Shown here: positions 1 through 13,268 of the stretch, piece after piece
Layout of the letters: every line of letters begins with the position of its first letter
Position numbering within the stretch: the stretch's first letter is position 1
Assembly: GCF_009914755.1 (NCBI RefSeq)
Contig: NC_060926.1
Reading direction: 5' to 3' (one strand)
DNA: 64,000 bases
Source: the human T2T-CHM13v2.0 reference genome, Homo sapiens
Made by a program: the position numbers and the translations under genes
Notes under the pieces: generated by a model
What the model was told of the DNA's origin: nothing
Database searches by the model: none
The model's input: the letters and a program-made list of their open reading frames with translations, nothing else

Positions 1-1824
1 GCATCATATTCAGTATCTCAAACCTAGGAAACATTTTATTTCATTAAACATTTTGGAATTAAGGAATGCCTTCAAAAAGCATTTAAAGAAATCTTGGAAA
101 AGACCTAACACTCTCTAGGTAATACGGATGGATTTAATCAAAGAATGCCTAATGTATGTTGAACGGACTCTTTCAAACTTGCTTTATCAGTTTCTCCCAA
201 ATTTTCAAGTGATCATGATTTGCTTCCATTTCTTCTGAAAATTTGAAGTGATAACACATTTCTTGATGAGATCATTCTGAAGAATTATGGAGAAAAGGGA
301 ACTTTGAAAGTTTCAAGACATGTTCATTTTTACTTGGAATCATAAAAGCTGTAGCCACAATTCTCTTTGCAGTTACATTTCTTCCTCTCTAGCTACCATT
401 TCTAGATTTAAAACCCTGGAAAAAGTACAGTTTCACCAGCCATCACTAGTACCCAGTGTCAGCAGCTCATATAAAACCTGGGAAAATATAGTTAGGATTA
501 AAGAAATCTGTAAAACTGTGAAACAAGGCCATAGCATGTAAAATACAATTCCTTTTACTCGGTACATAATTTATTAGGAAAGCTCTTTATTTGTAGGAAA
601 TCTGCTTGACACCTTATCCTTGACAACTGCTTACTTCATTTTAGCAGAACAAAAACGGATAAAATGTTTTCCAGTATGGGAATCCATTAATTTCTCAATA
701 AGTATCTTATGTCTATGCTTTAGACACATTCTCCAATTCTTTTCCTACAACCAGTCTCAGCTAGAATTAACAGGGGTTTATACTCACTCCTACCCCATCT
801 CCACCTCCCTGCTCCCCAAGAACCACTGTGCTCACTACTGAACTCACTGCTGCTAGTCATGAGGATTTGGCTTTTGGACTCCCATTCCCGTTTAGTTTCT
901 CTTCTCTCCTAGTTCTGTGAGCCATGTCTAACTTTGTTGTAAGAGGGTTTTGGTCTTTTTTCATGGTGATTTTCTCAGGGAAGCATCAATTACGCACAAT
1001 TTTTGGCAGTTTTGCAAATAGAAGGAGCCCTTCATTTTCAGAACCCTTTTGTCAAAAACAGTAGAGAAGAGTCAATGTCAACAGCACTTTTGCTTGGAGA
1101 GAGCCCCTTGTTCTCCTAGGCATACACTATTCTTGCATTTCTGAGCTGTCCAACACCCTAAGATTACAGAATCTTCACAAACGCCTTTGGCTACATGTTG
1201 GGAGGGGCTTTGCAAGCATCACAACTTGGGTGTGAAGATCAACTTAGTTCTTCTAAGGGTGCTGTTTTTTTTCTAGTGTTCATTACTGCCTTTAGTTTCA
1301 AAAAGAGAATGTCCTGATTTGCCCTCTCAAAGAGCAGCTCTGAGATATTATATCATACTGTCACCTATAGAGTTTCCTTCTATTCTGGGTAAAGGGTAGG
1401 AAAATTCTCACTCATTCATTTCAGAGATAAACCTATCAGTGTGGGGTGAGGCAGGAGAAAGAGTAGGGAACAAAATATTATGTGGCCATTGATCAGTAAA
1501 GGAGAAGGTGAGAAGAAATAGAGGAAAGGGCTCACTCAAGCCTATAGGCAAATCTGGCTTTTGTTCAGATGGAAAGACCTGCCAGAAAAGATGAATAGTA
1601 CTCACTCATCCCCACTTTTAGCTTTGAATACCTTTCCTTCTTGCTCTATCACAAATACAGATTTACTTGGATTCTAACAAAGGATTTTCATGATTGATCT
1701 GCTCTCAGTATTTAGGACAACTAATGAAAATACAAATCCTATAAAGAGAAGTTCTAGGCCAGCTGGCACCATCATGGTGCCCTTGGTGTTTCAATTCTAT
1801 CCATACTCACCACTCCATTTGTAG

Positions 1825-2166
<342 letters not shown>

Positions 2167-3190
2167 CAAGCTTCTTTCATGGTTGCTGAGAAGAGTTTAT
2201 GGGTAGAGGGTAGGTGTTGGTGGATGGATGTTGGTTAACAAAGTTCATGATCTCATAAATGTATTTAGAACTTTGCACCTGGGGCAATGTCGCCCAGAGC
2301 AAAACCTAATTTGCTACTTCCTAAGTTATTTGTGGAGAGTTTGTGTTTAAAAAAAGCAATCAAAGCTCAAATTTTTAAAACTCTTATTTTAGAATTTGTA
2401 TTTTCATCAATTTTCCTAAACGCTAATAGCAGGTCAATCAGAAAATCTTTCATTAGAACCCAAGTGAACTTGTATTTGGGGTGGAGTAAGAAAAAAAAGG
2501 TATTCGAAGTTAAAAGGAGGAGTGAGTTAAAAAGCACTATTTGTTTTCCTCGTCATGTCTTTATATCTGAACAAAAGCGATATCTCTACAGTATTTCATT
2601 TGGGTGCCTTGTTTATTTACCTTACAAAATAGACTATGTGTCTCCTTGGATATTACAGTCCTGGATATAAGAAAACTTACAGAGCATAGGCTGGCCACAG
2701 TCTTAATTATTACTATCATCATCATCATTAGCCATCACAGATAGAACATTATTGTGAGCTAAATAGAGTACTATTTTATATATCTTATTTAATGCTAATA
2801 ATAACACTATGACCTATTATTTCCACATAGGCTCAGTGAAGTTGAGTACCTCATTCAACATCATATAGCTCCTAAATAACTGAATTGCAGTCCAAGATTC
2901 ATGCTGTCAACCTGCATGGAATCTGTTTCCTAATGAAAAAATAGCCTAATATGTATTTACTTCCGACAATGTAAACCAAAGAGAAAATGCTGATATTGGT
3001 TATAACTGTGGTGAACTCAGGAGGAATTTTGAAGCAACTGTGCCTTTTTTGACTCACAGAAATTTCCATGAATCAGTATTGATTCTTTCATACAAGGAGT
3101 AAATGAAAGTAAGAGCCAAGAACTAGGAGGTATTTTGATCATCCTTCAGTTGGAAAAACATAATTATTATTAGGTTAAAAGTAACCCAAA

Positions 3191-3515
<325 letters not shown>

Positions 3516-3689
3516 TTAAAAATCATAACTTCTCAAATTCTATAAATACTTAGTTTTATGGTGTTTTTTTCAGTTGCTTCTGTTTCTTTTCTTTTTCCGG
3601 GTAGAAATTGCCTTCTTCCTCCCTAAATTGTTCTTCTCTATCATGAAAGATTTTCAACATAAAGATAAAAATATGCAATAATGTAAAAA

Positions 3690-4178
3690 CATCTCTGTAC
3701 CTTCTCCAATTGTATTCTCTCCCTCATTTCTCAGAGATAACCATTATTGTAAATTCAGCATTCATTATTCTCATGAGTGATTTTATACTTCTTTGTCTAT
3801 AGGTATTCACATACTTTATAGAGTGTTATTTTGCAGGTTTTAAAATTTTATGTAAATAATTTTAAATTTTATACATTGTTTCAAAACCCTGTATTTTTGA
3901 TATTATGTTTTTGAGAATCTTCCCTATCGGTGTACAAAGTTCATTATTTAAAATGGTGTATAGCATTCTGTATAAACATACCACAATTTATGGGTCCATT
4001 GTCATGTTTACAGATATTTATGTTGTATCTAATTATTATTATAACTAGTGCTGTAATGCACATGCTTTTATGTACTGGTATGTAAGAATTTATCTAGAAT
4101 TGATGTCCAGTAGAATTGCTGACTGATATCATAGAGCATATGCATCTTTAATTTAAGAGCATATTGCCAAAATGCCCC
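3690..4178 (-). mobile_element. Ancient L1M (L1ME/L1MC-type) 3' fragment
   Basis: Degraded antisense L1 3'-end motifs: TGTATAGCATTCTG..ATACCACAATTTAT, AGTAGAATTGCTG, ATATTGCCAAAATGCCC; boundaries approximate. Confidence 0.65.
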
Positions 4179-4519
4179 CAGCCTGAGGGTGTTCTAAACA
4201 CCCAGAGGAACTGCAGGAACCAGAAAGAGGATCTGGTGAAGAAGGTTGGCTTAATGTGTGGACCTGAAGAGCATACAGTGCTGCTTTCTTTCCAGGAGCT
4301 TTCCGCAATAACAGTTATTTCCTTGTAACCTTGAACACTTTGGCAGGTTGAAATCTGAAGCTGAGATTTCTGTTATATTGAGCCTTTCTCTTTCAATTTC
4401 CTCTCTCCCCAGTGTGAAAATATTATGTTCTATGTTTAGGGCTCTGTGGAAATCATGCTTCTTAATTAGGTCTGCTGTTGACCCATTTGAAAACTGAGAA
4501 AGCCAAGGGTTAGACAGAA

Positions 4520-4683
4520 CAGCACTTCTCAGAATTCAGTGTGTATAGGAGCCACCTGAGGATCTCATAACATTGCAGATCCCCGTGCAGTAGGTCTGAG
4601 GTGGGCCTGAGAGTCTCCAATTATAGCAAGATCCCATATAATAACAATGCTGCTGGTTGAAAGATCACACTTTGAGTAGGAAG
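4520..4683. mobile_element. MER5A-type hAT-Charlie MITE
   Basis: CAGCACTTCTCAGAA...CAGTAGGTCTGAGGTGGGCCTGAGA...ATGCTGCTGGT..CACACTTTGAGTAG matches the MER5A layout. Confidence 0.8.
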
Positions 4684-5049
4684 AGGATATCCTAGAGGAA
4701 ATAATGATTTGCCAACTTTTAAGCTTTTCTGGGAGTTAATGCAAATTATTTTAAATTCCTTACCTTTTTTTTCTTCAAATAGCAGTAAATTATAAAATAA
4801 TTAGAACATTTTAGGATTCACTTCTTTCAAATAAATCCTTATTATATTCTTGATAGAAGTAGAAATAAATTGTTCTGTTACAACATATGAAATCTATATC
4901 TTTCAATCTTATTTTTGGTGAAAGAAATAAGCATGAGCTGATTTAGAGCACAGTCATATGTGAGTGCTGCATGAACTCTTGGGAGGCTCTGCATCACAGT
5001 AGGAGAGAAAACTAATTCTTCACTGCCATGTACTATGCTGAAATAAAGT

Positions 5050-5470
5050 TACAGGAAGAGTAAATATTTAAATATAAAATTAGAAACATGAAGTACCAAA
5101 AACACAAAGGAAGATTTATCTGTTCTTGTAGGGGAAAAAAGCCTATGTAAATATAAAGGCAAAGGCAAAAATAATAAAGGAAATATCAAAATATTTAAAT
5201 ATATAGACATTTAAGTCTTGAGATAAAAATAATATAAACAAAATTGAAAGAAAAAATATCTCATTTGAAGAAAATTGCAAAATATGGCAAAATAAACTAT
5301 TATAAATCATAAGGGAAATATGAAAATGACAGTAGAAAAATGTACATACAATATAGAGATAGTTTGTAAAAAAGAAATACTAATAGGTAGTAAATGTGAA
5401 AATTTTAATCTCATTAAACTAAAAAAATTCAAATTAAAAATCTCTCAATTTTAATCTATCAAGTTGGTAC
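5050..5470 (+). mobile_element. Ancient L1M ORF2-region fragment
   Basis: Very A-rich; degraded L1 motifs (CAGTAGAAAAATG, AAAGAAATAC, TCAAATTAAAA, TCTATCAAGTTGG). Confidence 0.5.
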
Positions 5471-5850
5471 TTGTTTTCAGTTACACTTTTCTTTTTTTCT
5501 GGCTTTTCCTTTCTGCTTCTTTATCCCCTCTTCTTTGAAGCACTTCATGCCTGTGATTTATTTCCCTCCCACTTCCTCGACTGCCCCCACCAAAGTTTTT
5601 TCTAGGAAGAAGCTAATCTCAAAATCAAGAAACGTAACTTCTTTGCATTTATTGTTTTCTCTCATTCTCTTTTATTTTAGAAAAATAAAAAGTGCTTTTA
5701 TTTTAATTCCAGGTAGGGGGCAAAATATGGGTGGACTGTGTACTTCCCAAAAAACTGAAACATGTATACTGTTATTGTTTTAGATAATCTTGCCAGGACC
5801 GGGTGGGCAGCCAGGCAAGGCTGGAATGCCCAGCTCATTCTCAAAGGAAG

Positions 5851-6168
5851 AGACAGAAACCAGAATGTGGGCCTTTGGGCTGATTACTCAGACTCCCTGA
5901 GTGCTTGTTTCTTTAATAAAAAATGAAGATAGAAATGTTTTCTTTGTAGTATGGTTGTGAGAATGACATAAATCAAATATGATGATGTATATAAGACATC
6001 TAGTGTAGTACTGCTGCATAGCTGGTATCATATATGTGTCATTATATTATTCTGAAGTCTCTGTGTACTTGAACATTGTCTTTTAATTCATATTGTATCC
6101 CGTAGCAGCTAGAATAGAGCTAATACGGTAAAACATGGTGTGTATGAAATTTGAGGTCATCCAGCTTT
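5851..6168 (+). repeat. Local direct duplication, copy A (paralog of 8547-8876)
   Basis: Aligns with 8547-8876 at about 90% by eye (~29 substitutions plus indels); shared end GGTGTGTATGAAATTTGAGGTCATCCAGCTTT. Confidence 0.95.
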
Positions 6169-7008
6169 CTCCTTCCTCTAGAAGGAGAGAGGAGAAGGAA
6201 AGGGATATTTGGAGGAGAAGAAAGCTGATGGGGGGAGGAAAGGAAGGAGGGGAGGCAATTGCCCCAGAGCATCCCTGCACTGAGGGCCTTAGGCAAGATG
6301 GCAGGAACTTGGAGTGTGCATTACAGTCTGTCAGGAGTTACTGCTTGTGTTCCTAGCCTTCATGGTGCCAAATGCCAGATGACATGTGTCATGAATGATA
6401 CATCCCATTCATATGTCTGAGAAAGATAGAGGGTCTATTTCAGAAGAGTTGGCATACCGTTCCTGTCTCTTTAGGCATTTAACAAGGAATATTAGTACAA
6501 ATCAAGTGGGCATTAATGGTCAAAACCACCTGACTGTACTTTTTTCCTTAAACTAAATGCCAAGAATCCCAGTAGTAATGTCAGGCTTAAGTAAAATGCT
6601 TCAGAGTGGAGAAAGCTGGAGTGATTTTTTTTAAAACATCGAATTCATTTACTCTTCCAAATACTAAATTACTCTTCTAAATAAATATATTGCATCCAGT
6701 GAGTACAGTGGTTGACCAGAATATGAGATAGCATCCTAATAGAATAGAGACACATTCCTGACATATCAGTTATAAAAATAGTTGGTCATAAGTCTTGGTA
6801 ATACATCTACCTTCTCATTTAAATGAGCTGCCTTGATCTCATTAGTATAAATGTACTTCCTTCCCCACTCCCTACAAAAGGGCTGGCCTCTAAGGAATAA
6901 AATAATAACCACTCTTTCTAAAGAATTTTGGAAAATTCTACTAGCGCAAGAGCCACATAGCAAAGACCTATAACAAACTCCTTGGTGTGGAAAACCTGTG
7001 AACGTGCA

Positions 7009-7984
7009 TTTTTTTTTAATTATACTTTAAGTTCTAGGGTACATGTGCACAATGTGCAGGTTTGTTACATATGTATACATGTGCCATGTTGGTGTGCTGC
7101 ACCCATTAACTCGTCATTTACATTAGGTATACCTCCTAATGCTATCCCTCCCCACTTCCCCCACCCCACAACAAGCCCCGTGTGATGTTCCCCAGCCTGT
7201 GTCCAAGTGTTCTCATTGTTCAATTCCAACCTATGAGTGAGAACATGAAGTGTTTGGTTTTTTGTCCTTGTGATAGTTTGCTGAGAATGATGGTTTCCAG
7301 CTTCATCCATGTCCCTACAAAGGACATGAACTCATCATTTTTTGTGGCTGCATAGTATTCCATGGTGTATATGTGCCACATTTTCTTAATCCAGTCTATC
7401 ATTGATGGACATTTGGGTTGGTTCCAGGTCTTTGCTATTGTGAATAGTGCCACAATAAACATATGTGTGCATGTGTCTTTATAACAGCATGATTTATAAT
7501 CCTTTGGGTGTATACCCAGTAATGGGATGGCTGGGTCAAATGGTATTTCTACTTCTAGATCCTTGAGGAATCACCACACTGTCTTCCACAATGGTTGAAC
7601 TGGTTTACAGTCCCACCAACAGTGTAAAAGTGTTCCTATTTCTCCACATCTTCTCCAGCACCTGTTGTTTCCTGACTTTTTAATGATCACCATTCTAATT
7701 GGTGTGAGATGGTATCTCATTGTGGTTTTGATTTGCATTTCTCTGATGGCCAGTGATGATGAGCATTTTTTCATGTGTCTGTTGGCTGCATAAGTGTCTT
7801 CTTTTGAGAAGTATCTGTTCATGTCCTTTGCCCACTTTTTGATGGGGTTGTTTGATTTTTTCTTGTAAATTTGTTTAAGTTCATTGTAGATTCTGGATAT
7901 TAGCCCTTTGTCAGATGGGTAGATTGTAAAAATTTTCTCCCATTCTATAGGTTGCCTGTTCACTCTGTTGGTAGTTTCTTTTTG
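7009..7984 (-). mobile_element. 5'-truncated L1PA (L1PA4/5-like): ORF2 C-terminus plus 3'UTR
   Basis: TTATACTTTAAGTTCTAGGGTACATGTGCAC 3' end; ORFs 7571-8083 and 7220-7462 give ORF2 C-terminal peptides ([54 protein letters not shown]). Confidence 0.97.
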
Positions 7985-8546
7985 TTTATTCTCTGTGGAG
8001 TTACTAGCTCTGCACTGGACAAGGACCAAGGCTTTTCTGGGAAGAGGTCTGGGACCACCTCTGATTTCATGTTGGACCTGCATTTCTGCTTGTGCTGGGT
8101 CAGGTGTTTAAAAGATTAGTCATCAGAAAGGGCAGCAAGACAGCACCCCTTTCTTTGTTTCATTTTCCTTTTTCAGAAGATGGTATCTCATCCTGGATAT
8201 ATGGAAAGAGATGGGGAGGCAGTTTCTTTGGGCATGACAGTGGGAGAGAGCCATGCATTGAGCTGACTGCAAGACAAGCACCTGATTCTTTTCTGCCTGG
8301 AAAGCCCACTGTGCTCACCTACACCCCATGTATTTCCACTCCTCCTGCTCATACCGCTTGTCATGAGCTCATTCTTCTCAACTGCCATTGGTTTACGCTT
8401 TGGTCTCCCATAGGCTCTGTGTCCTTCATGCTCTTCCCCACTGGCCATGTCTCCTTGCCACACTGTAGCACACGTGATCCCATTCATCTGTGGTCTCTGT
8501 GCTGTAGGGACCACAGGACGCGCTGGAAGAGAATGAGCTTTGTTTC

Positions 8547-8876
8547 AGACAGAAACCGCAGCTCTCCTTCATCACATTTTGAATGTGGGGCTTTGGGCTA
8601 ATTACTCTAACTCCCTGAGTGTTAGTTTCTTTCATAAGAAATGAGGATAGAAATATTTTCTTTGCAATATGGTTGTGAGAATGACATAAACCAAATATGA
8701 TGATGTATGTAAGATATCTAGTATAGTATTGGTGCATGGCTGGCATCACATATGTGCCATTTTATATTATTTTAAGGTCTCAGTGTACTTGGACATTGTC
8801 TTTTAATTCATATTAGCTAGAATAGAGCTAAAACAGTAAAACATGGTGTGTATGAAATTTGAGGTCATCCAGCTTT
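8547..8876 (+). repeat. Local direct duplication, copy B (MIR-derived plus unique flank)
   Basis: Paralog of 5851-6168; contains MIR core-like GGGCTAATTACTCTAACTCCCTGAGTGTTAGTTTCTTTCATAAGAAATGAGGATA and is preceded by MIR-head-like sequence. Confidence 0.95.
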
Positions 8877-8884
8877 GTGCTTTC

Positions 8885-9050
8885 TCATTGTGTGGCTTGA
8901 GGAAATTCCTTAAACTCTCCATCTTATTTTTAGCATCCAAAAATTAGCAGAATAATAAGTATTCTGTAGAGTTATGTGAAGGTTAAATGTGATATGTATT
9001 GAGGTAATTAACAAAGAGCGCCACCTAGTAAATCCTCAACAAATATTGGG
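8885..9050 (+). mobile_element. MIR fragment
   Basis: TGTGTGGCTTGAGGAAATTCCTTAAACTCTC...AGAGTTATGTGAAGGTTAAATGTGAT. Confidence 0.6.
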
Positions 9051-9901
9051 GATTGCTCGTCAGAACAAGCTGAGTGAGATCAAGCCAGGAGTGACTGTTT
9101 GTGCAAGTGAGATTTGGCCTTCCCCTCTCCCTAGAGCTCACTTCTCCTATGTAAGATCAGGCGAGTGGGGAGGGGGGAGGCCTTTGGAGATGCCATGGGC
9201 CAAAGCTCAAGGAACTGTGAGGCCTGCTCCAGGCCACACAGGGAGCTAATGGCCAAACCTACTGAAGTCCTGGCTGTTTCACAGTTCCCTGGGGGCTGAC
9301 CTCTCTGCCACCTCTCATTTCTGTACCTTTTGACCTACAGGAGTGCACAGCAAGGCCTTTGACAAATAAACAGTGGCCTAGATATTAAACTGCACCTGAA
9401 GCTGGTTATGCAGGTTCACTTAGCATTTGAACCAAGAGCGGAAACTCAGCTATACTCAGACTGCAGAGGGATTAACCCATTCTCAGACTCAGCCTGTGAA
9501 TTATTGCCCACTGAGTAAATAGAAAAAGGGAGGGATGAACTAAATCTCATTCAAAGAAGCTCAAACGTGTGTAATTTTTAAAAACAAACCAAAAGTAAAA
9601 ATAAAAAAAACAAAAAATAATCAGAAAGAAACAAAACAGATTTGGATATGGAAAACAATGCCAAGTCACCTTTCTGCTGCTGTCTCCCACATTAGAAAAG
9701 GAGAGAAGATGATGGATGATGGCAAAAAGGGTCCACCTCACTCCTCTGGCCTTGATTAGTTTCAGAAGGAACAAAGTATCATCTTCAAAATATGCTAGTT
9801 ACTACTAAGCACCTGCTATATTTAGTGTGCTGTTTTTAGCTGAGCAGCCAGGGACAGGTGATGTGGCACTTGGAGAGAAGGAGAGAGGTCCTTGGGATAT
9901 C

Positions 9902-10002
9902 TAGGGTGCCTGGCTGTCCCTGTGTGCCTGGGACTGAGGGGTTTCCCAGAACATGAGACTGCCAGTGTTAAAATCAGGCAGACGAAGGCAGTGGTTACCT
10001 TA
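9902..10002. mobile_element. MER81 (hAT-Blackjack MITE)
   Basis: TAGGGTG...GCCTGGGACTGAGGGGTTTCCCAGAACATGAGACT..CAGTGTTAAAATCAGG...TGGTTACCTTA with degenerate TAGGGTGACC-type TIRs. Confidence 0.8.
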
Positions 10003-10334
10003 ACGATGTCATGAATACTTCATGAAATATGATGTTTCTAATTTTCTGAGATTGTTAGGCACTAACTAGATGGTAGTCAAAGTAAGATTCTGAGAGCCTA
10101 GAGTAATGCCACATTAGGGTGGATGACTAGAAAAGACTTATTGATAGGTGCCTGTATTTGGAACAGACAGGGGTCAGCATTAAGATGCTCTAGGACAGAG
10201 GAAAGCTTGAGCAAAACTGCAGAGAGAGGAAAGCACAAAGCATCCACAGGTACTTGGATTGCACATGTGGGCCTGTGCATGATGGCACACACGTGCACAC
10301 ACACACACATATACACACACACTCTGACCATTCT

Positions 10335-10785
10335 CCGTTGTTGCCCATTTCAGCTAATGGCACAAGCATTCTTTCAGATCTCAGCCAAAAACCTCAGAAT
10401 CATTCCCAAATCCTCTCTTTTTTGTCTTCCCCCACCCCACTCCACGTACAAATTAATCCATCTGGAATCTTTGCTAGTTCTCCCTCCAAACAGATGCAAG
10501 ACATCATCTCTTCTGCCACAGCCCTAGACCTCAGCACTGCCATCCCTCACTTAGACAACTCTACCCTGGACTGTTCTCTCCCATGGCTGTTTTTCCAGCC
10601 CTCTGCCTATTCTACACCAGAGGCCCGGGCGCTCTCTGCAAAGCACAACCTGGTTATGCGCTTTCTACTTTACTGACTCCTGTTTAAAGCTCTCAAATAA
10701 GTTCTTTATCAGGAAAACAAAATCCAGACTCTTATCTTGTCCTGTTGAGGACTTGCACCATCTGGCCCCATCTGCGCCTCCAACT
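10335..10785 (+). mobile_element. L2 fragment, upstream part of a copy split by an MLT1 insertion
   Basis: CCCATTTCAGCTAATGGCA..TCAGCCAAAAACCTCAGAATCATTC.. matches the L2a 3' region; resumes at about 12270. Confidence 0.75.
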
Positions 10786-10916
10786 TTATTACTCGTTTCT
10801 CTTATGGTGTAACAAATGATCACAAACAGAGCAGTATGAAGCAACTGCCATTTATTAGCTCACAGCTCGGTATGTCAGAGGTACAGCACGGCATGGCTGG
10901 GTTCTCTCTAGGGCAT

Positions 10917-11321
10917 GGCTATGGTTTGGGTCTGTGTCCCCACCCAAATCTCATGTTCACTTTTAATACCCCATGTTGGAGGTGAGGCCCATTGGGAAGT
11001 GATTGGATCATGGGGCCATTTCTCATGAATGGTCGAACACCAACCCCTTTGGTGCTGTTCTCGTGATAATGAGTGAGATCGTGAGATCTCACTCATGGCA
11101 CCTCTCGCCTCTTTTCTTCCTGCTACAGCCACGTGAGGTGCTTGCTCCCCCTTTGCCTTCTGCCATGATTAAAAGTTCCCTGAGGCTTCCCCAGAAGCCA
11201 AGCAGAAGCCATTATGCTTCCTGTACAGCCAGCAAAACTGTGAGCCAATAAAACCTCTTTTCTTTACAAATTACCCGGTCTCAGGTATTTCCTTCTAGCA
11301 GTGCAAGAAGGGACTAATACA
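10917..11321 (+). mobile_element. MSTA solo LTR (ERVL-MaLR)
   Basis: GCTATGGTTTGGGTCTGTGTCCCCACCCAAATCTCATGTT start, AATAAA, GGACTAATACA end; 5-bp TSD GGCAT at 10912-10916 and 11322-11326. Confidence 0.92.
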
Positions 11322-11409
11322 GGCATCATGAGCCTGAAATCCAGGTCTTGGTGGGACTGAGTTCTCTTCTGGAGCCTCTGGGGAAAAATCCACTTCCTAT
11401 GCCATTCTT

Positions 11410-11862
11410 TTTTAAAAAATTAATTAATTTTTTTACTTTAAGTTCCAGGATACAGGCACAGAATGTGCAGGTTTTCTTGTGCCATGGTGGTTTATTGCAC
11501 CTATTAACCTGTCTAGGTTTTAAGCCCCACATGCATTAGCTATTTGTCCTAATGCTCTCCCTCCTCCTGAACCCACCCCCAAACTGTTCCTGGTGTGTGA
11601 TGTTCCCCTCCCTGTGTCCATGCATTCTCATCATTCAGCTCCCACTTATGAGTGAGAACATGTGGTGTTTTGTTTTCTGTTTCTCTGTTAGTTTGCTGAG
11701 GATGATGGCTTCTAGCTTCACCCATGTCCCTGCAAAGAACATAATCTCATTCCTTTTTATGGCTGCATAGTATTCGATGGTGTATGTGTACCACATTTTC
11801 TTTAACCAGTCTATCATTGATGGGCATTTGGGTTGATTCCATGTCTTTGCTATCGTAAATAG
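11410..11862 (-). mobile_element. 5'-truncated L1PA (L1PA8-10-like) 3' end
   Basis: TTTTAAGCCCCACATGCATTAGCTATTTGTCCTAATGCTCTCCCTCC; ORF 11635-11817 gives the ORF2 C-terminus; imperfect TSD TCCTATGCCATTCTT / TCCTAGCTCATTCTT. Confidence 0.92.
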
Positions 11863-12269
11863 TCCTAGCTCATTCTTACTATTGGTAAAAATCAGTTCCT
11901 GGAAGTTGTCGAACTGAGACTTTTGTTTCCTTGCTGGCTGCCAGCCAAAGGGTCACTCTCAGCTCCTTACTGTGTGGTCTCCTCCATCTTCAGGCCAGCA
12001 ATGGTGCACTGAATCCTCATGCTCTGAGTCTCTGACTTTCTCTTCTGCCACCAGCTGAAGAAAATGCTCCACTTCAAAGGGCTCCTGTGATTAGGTCAGG
12101 CCCACCCAGATCATCTCCCTTGTTAAAAGTCAACTGTTTTGTAGAATATAGCCTAATCATGGGAATAAAATGCTTTACATTTATATTTCTGGGATTACAC
12201 AGGGTGTGTACATAGGGAGAGAGAGTGAAAATCTTAGAATTCTACCGACCTGTCATGTTTCAAATGTCT

Positions 12270-12670
12270 TCTCAATTTTTCATTCACTGCTTCAGCCAAA
12301 TTGGGCTTCTTCCTGTGCCTTGAAAAAGCCAGCCCTGACTTCTACCTCAGGGCCTTTGTGTTCACTATTCCTTCTGTTCAGATAAAGTTTTTGCTGAGAA
12401 AGCCTCCACAATGAGGCCTTTCTAACAATTTTATTTACGGAGCTTCCCTCTGCCACCTCTTGGAAATTCCTTTTGTGCAGTGCGTTTCCCAGCACTTGCT
12501 GCCTGCTGACTTCTACTCACTTACTGGTTTATGTGCTGACTTTCTTTCCCTTAGCTTCTCTCCACACATGCACCTGAGAGAAAGGACTTGTTTTGTTCAT
12601 CATTGCATCCCCAGTGCCTCGGTCAGTGCTGGCACGAGCTGCAGATTGACCCCACAAATGCATGCATGTT
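12270..12670 (+). mobile_element. L2 3' end, continuation of 10335-10785
   Basis: CTACCTCAGGGCCTTTG..CTATTCCTTCTG; TTGTTCATCATTGCATCCCCAGTGCCT...GCTGGCAC L2 tail. Confidence 0.75.
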
Positions 12671-13156
12671 CTGCAGAACGCAAGGACACCAGCTTAGTCA
12701 GGTTAGAAGAGGCATAGAAGTGATTCGAGCAGGAGGCAGATGCAGTGTTTAGCTATAGCTAAAGGCTTGAGTGACTGGTTAAGAACTTGAATGCAATGCT
12801 AAGGGCAGTGGGTCTCTCTTGGTGACTCCGAAAGTGCTGGACAACATGGGAGTATCACAAGAGAGCTCCAGCTGCAGGTGACCCTGCAGCACAGCTCCCT
12901 ATGTTTGGGGAACACTGAGCCTTGAGCCTATAGGGGAAGGAACTCTCCATCACTTAGGACGGGGTGACCTGGAGCACCTACCACATCCCTACTCTGCCTC
13001 CCTGATTTCCAAGGGGTTATAGAACGAATCTGCTTTCCTACTCCACCTTGTCCAGAGGAATGAGGGTTGAAAAGATCATCTTAGATATGTACGATGCTAG
13101 CTTAAAGGAGAAAACAAATGTACTTGCAGTAACAATCATTCAAGTTTAGTTTCCAG

Positions 13157-13268
13157 ATCCGTGTAAGGGAACGGCAGAGCAAGCACAGAGTCATGCTTGC
13201 CCTCCTTCCTATCAAGCCTCAGGGTGTGCCTCCTTCCAGACCTCAAGCTGGACACCATGGATGTGGAT
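13157..13268 (+). other. Candidate exon of an unidentified transcript
   Basis: Acceptor TTTAGTTTCCAG (alternative TCCTTCCAG ending 13239), consensus donor GTAAGT at 13269, Kozak ACCATGG with ATG at 13257; unique DNA; no transcript evidence available. Confidence 0.3.

Larger units (their letters stand above)
10786..12250 (-). mobile_element. MLT1E-family MaLR LTR, interrupted by MSTA and L1PA
   Basis: TGTAACAAATGATCACAAAC..ATTTATTAGCTCACAG; GGAAAAATCCACTTCC; AAGGGCTCCTGTGATTAGGTCAGGCCCACCCAGAT; ATCTTAGAATTCTACC end. Confidence 0.8.

Noticed and set aside
7571-8083. 170-aa ORF, the longest in the window
   Set aside because: L1 ORF2 C-terminal fragment read in from flanking DNA; not a host gene
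8092-8749. Overlapping 107-169 aa ORFs on both strands
   Set aside because: No recognisable domain, ORFs overlap on opposite strands and extend into MIR-derived duplicated DNA; consistent with chance ORFs
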